This document shows positions 60,772 to 64,000 of a DNA stretch of 64,000 nt, one piece after another (within the stretch, counting starts at the first letter, position 1; every line of letters starts with the position of its first letter). Made by a program: the position numbers and the translations under genes. The stretch spans positions 60,450,001-60,514,000 of the forward strand of contig CM060732.1 of assembly GCA_030704615.1 (NCBI GenBank). Direction: 5' to 3'. The notes beneath the pieces were generated by a model. That model was not told the origin of the DNA, made no database searches, and saw nothing but the letters and a program-made list of their open reading frames with translations. The DNA comes from Takakia lepidozioides. Lineage: Eukaryota > Plantae > Bryophyta.

Positions 60772-63700
60772 TGTAACAGGGTAGAATCTAGAAGGTTCTA
60801 GATGGAGGAGGAAAGTTCCCTAGAAGTTTTCAAAATAACTAGGAAGGTTCCTAGGAAGTTTGACTTAAAGAAGTTTGATTTAAAGCTCTCAAGTCAAACC
60901 TGTAAGATATTTCTATTATGGAGAGTAGGTCAACTGTTTGATAAAGTCATATTGTAGAGAATATGTAAAACCTAGGAAGGTTGACTTTAGGAAGTTTTGA
61001 CTTACGGCTCTCAAGTCAAACCTTTAAAATAATCATATTGTGAAGGGTATATAAACATGTAATTTTTTTTTCATACGTATAATTTTAGCATCGCTAGAGT
61101 TGGTCATCCCGAATTTTGTGTTAAAAAAAATTTGAATTTTATTTTGTATGATATCGGGACCGCCAGAGCTGGCCGTCACTTGGCCGACAGACACACTTGT
61201 GAGTCTAATTGAAGTATGCAATCATTAATGCGGTCTATCAGTGGTTGTCATATTTTTGGTAGGTCTACCAAGAGCTAAACAAGCTGCTTTTAGATCCTTA
61301 AATATCTTGCTTGTTGTGATAATAAGTTATTTTATGGAATATTCTCAACAATTGAAAATGGTTATGCAGAAGGAAGATGCTGACATACGATTGAATTTTT
61401 TGTATCATTTGAGAAGAGAGTGCAGGGACATTACTGCATTATATCCTCATGTCATTTGGGAGAATGAGATCCCGATGATCAGCAATAAATCACCCATCGC
61501 TGTTTGAGCAAGATCCTCAGGATTGTTGAGGAATATCGAGATGACTGGATCGCAACAAACTTAGGCCCTCCCATACCGGAAGCTTATATGGCGTCAATCG
61601 TAGAATTCTTCCGATTCTACACCAGGTAGCCGGACTGTTATGAGCCGTCATTTCTAGGATATTTCACGTTTGAGTCACTTGCAGAAATTCATCTGAAGTA
61701 GCAGATAATATATCTATATGCGGATGATTGCTAGATCATGAGCGTCGAAGCGTGAGCACAGCCAGGTTCACATCACGTTAGATGTCAATTTTGAACATGT
61801 AAGACGTATTTCCGCGATATGTACCTATTTCCGTAGAAATAATGTCCTACATCTTTTTTATCTGACCTCACCTGTATCATGTATCCGATCTTCCAAAGTC
61901 AGAAAATGCCTCCTAAGTTGTGAAAGACTCGGTCTTTATGGCACGACGTAGCATGACGTCACACGATGCAACACGATTTGGTTTTTGTGGCACGACGCAA
62001 CAGTAGAAATAGACGTCTCTGAAGTTCTTTCTTCAGGGCAATGTTGCAAGGCGTCATTGTATCACTGCTTTTAAGCGAACGCTGCTGCATAAGGGTGAGA
62101 TGAACCACCAGGATCTTACCACATCTTTTACTTGCGTTGTAGTACAAAACAAGATGGTCCATCTCACCCCTATATACCGGCAACCCCCTGTCTAATGGTC
62201 CAAAAATCCTAAGATTTTAGGATAAGGTAGCCCCGGACGTGGGCTTTCTAACGGTATGATGGTCTGGTCCTAGAACTTAGAGAATCGGGAGCTAGAGATA
62301 GAGACAACGGGAAACCAAAAGAGGAGTGAAAATATTGTACTCTTGAATTTAGACTACACTACATGAATAGTTTTCTGTTAAAAGATAGAAGATGACCGGT
62401 TATACCGGTGAAGGGCCTTCCTCTCTACCGAAAATATTCTAGGGAGTGAAATTTTCTACTTAGTGGAAGTGGTATGGTCTCACCATGAGAATAGTTTAGT
62501 ATATCTAATAGCATGTTTTGTTTTGTTTTATGCAACTTGGTTGTGTAATTCATCCAACAGGATGAATGTGGATATGTGAAGAATTTCATCCACCAGTTTA
62601 GATTTGGGAGCAAATTCTTCCCGGTATTGGGAACTGTTCCCTGAAACAAAGGGCGTTCCCACTAGTTATTTGAGTTCCCCTAGAGATACAGAGCGATCTT
62701 TGGGATCCTATGAGAATTCCCTACTATTAGAATTTAACTTCTATTTTTGTTTTATTTATTGTTTATTATTTATTATGTGCATTGTTATATGCTGTAAATT
62801 AGGGCCATTATAGGCCCATTTATCCGAACCTCCTTAAAATCAAAAGTTGAGTTTTTAGGAGAGATTCGGCTATTCCTGAGTGGTAGGTTGAACTCAGCCA
62901 CCCAGGAGTGGAGGGGCATTGGGAAGAGGCGTCTCTCTTCCTAAACCCGGTAAGTGTTTTGTGAAGAGACAACGAATTAGTTCCCGACTATTAGCGGTTC
63001 GGGGGTTTAGGCAGTAGGATATAGTCAATAAAACTAAGACTTGGAAGACAATGTACTTTAAAAATACATAAACATACCATAGACTAAGAAACGCAAACTC
63101 GCCCCACACCGAGGAAGTTGGACTCTACGTTGCCGGTGGGATTTAGAATTTGCTTTATTATTTATTCTTTTGTGATTATTCCGCCACTAACACGCCTCGG
63201 ATCCCCTGCACTAACCGCAGTCGGGTGGGCGATTCTTTGAGCCTAACCCATCCCGCTACACACCTCGACCCTCCTAGCTAGTATGCCGTCGTTCTGGCCG
63301 CGCGTGTCCGCGGCTCGTTACCTTAATAAATATATCTATTTGGTTTCATTTACAACTTCGACCGATCTGGGTATGTCCGGAAGTCCGTCAAGCTACTCAT
63401 CCACAAAATTGGAACTGTTAATGATAATGAACTCCAGATCGGGACTTCATAGGCTCAAGGCAAAACTGGAGGAAGCAGGAGCTTCAGAATGGACATATAT
63501 ATCCCGGATTAGTACTGGCGCCCCCCCGGATACGAATCTTGCGAACCAGCTTAGTAACACTAATATAATGCAACTGGATAAACATGAAAATTAATTCGGC
63601 TGCAGTGTCATTCCCACAGCCATAGAGCATCGGCGGTGGTACCTTCCGTATGTTTTTAATAGGATGATGAAGAGGTGGCTGTAAAAGATCCTCTACACTA

Positions 63701-63822
63701 CACCCCAACAACCAACAAACCCAATCGTGCTTTCTATTGATAGGAGTAGTGCTACCGCTTCTGTTTTGGGAAAAAGTTGAGAAATACTTCTATTCTAATT
63801 TGTATAGATCCTGGGTGTTACA
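60772..63822 (+). mobile_element. Solo LTR of the chromovirus family, split by a ~2.7-kb insertion (~61060-63762)
   Basis: 60772-61058 matches the LTR 5' part and 63763-63822 matches the LTR 3' end; flanks ACAGA/GCAGA. Confidence 0.85.
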
Positions 63823-64000
63823 GCAGATGAGCTCTATGCGAGAAAGCTGGTGCGAAGAGACTAGGATCAGGTGATGAAGGATGAGAGGGTGGCTCGGGAG
63901 CTTAACAGGGCTCTTAACACCCCCCATGAGGAGGATGCAGGTGCTCAACAACAGCTCCTACGACTTGTGGTGGAAGTGGATACTACTGCGTTGGTCTTGA

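Overview
Eukaryotic, land-plant-type genomic DNA (repeat families suggest a bryophyte/moss-like genome; this is an inference). It holds two intact host genes: a 2-exon ANT1/AVT3-type amino acid transporter (4738-6973,+) and a 12-exon telomerase reverse transcriptase (TERT, 10044-22298,+) that I reconstruct at about 1,997 aa, with a GC-AG intron and two U12-like donors. The rest is nested transposable elements. These include Harbinger/CACTA/copia debris with an orphan fatty-acid 2-hydroxylase exon, RTE-like LINEs (stacked head-to-tail in TERT intron 3), a near-intact CRE-clade retrotransposon, a piggyBac-like MITE inside a Tc1/mariner-like element, and a 20-kb chromovirus (35532-55692). The chromovirus carries two insertions: a SWIM-domain element with hairpin ends, and an 11-kb Ty3/gypsy-type element (43974-54958). 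The 11-kb element is the most striking feature. It encodes a DNMT3-like C5 cytosine methyltransferase between protease and RT plus a C-terminal PHD finger, carries captured host-gene pieces (LeuRS, a transit peptide, a partly spliced AlaAT), has a 2.8-kb internal inversion, and shows no matching LTR pair. All coordinates and splice models were read by eye and have not been checked against transcripts or databases.
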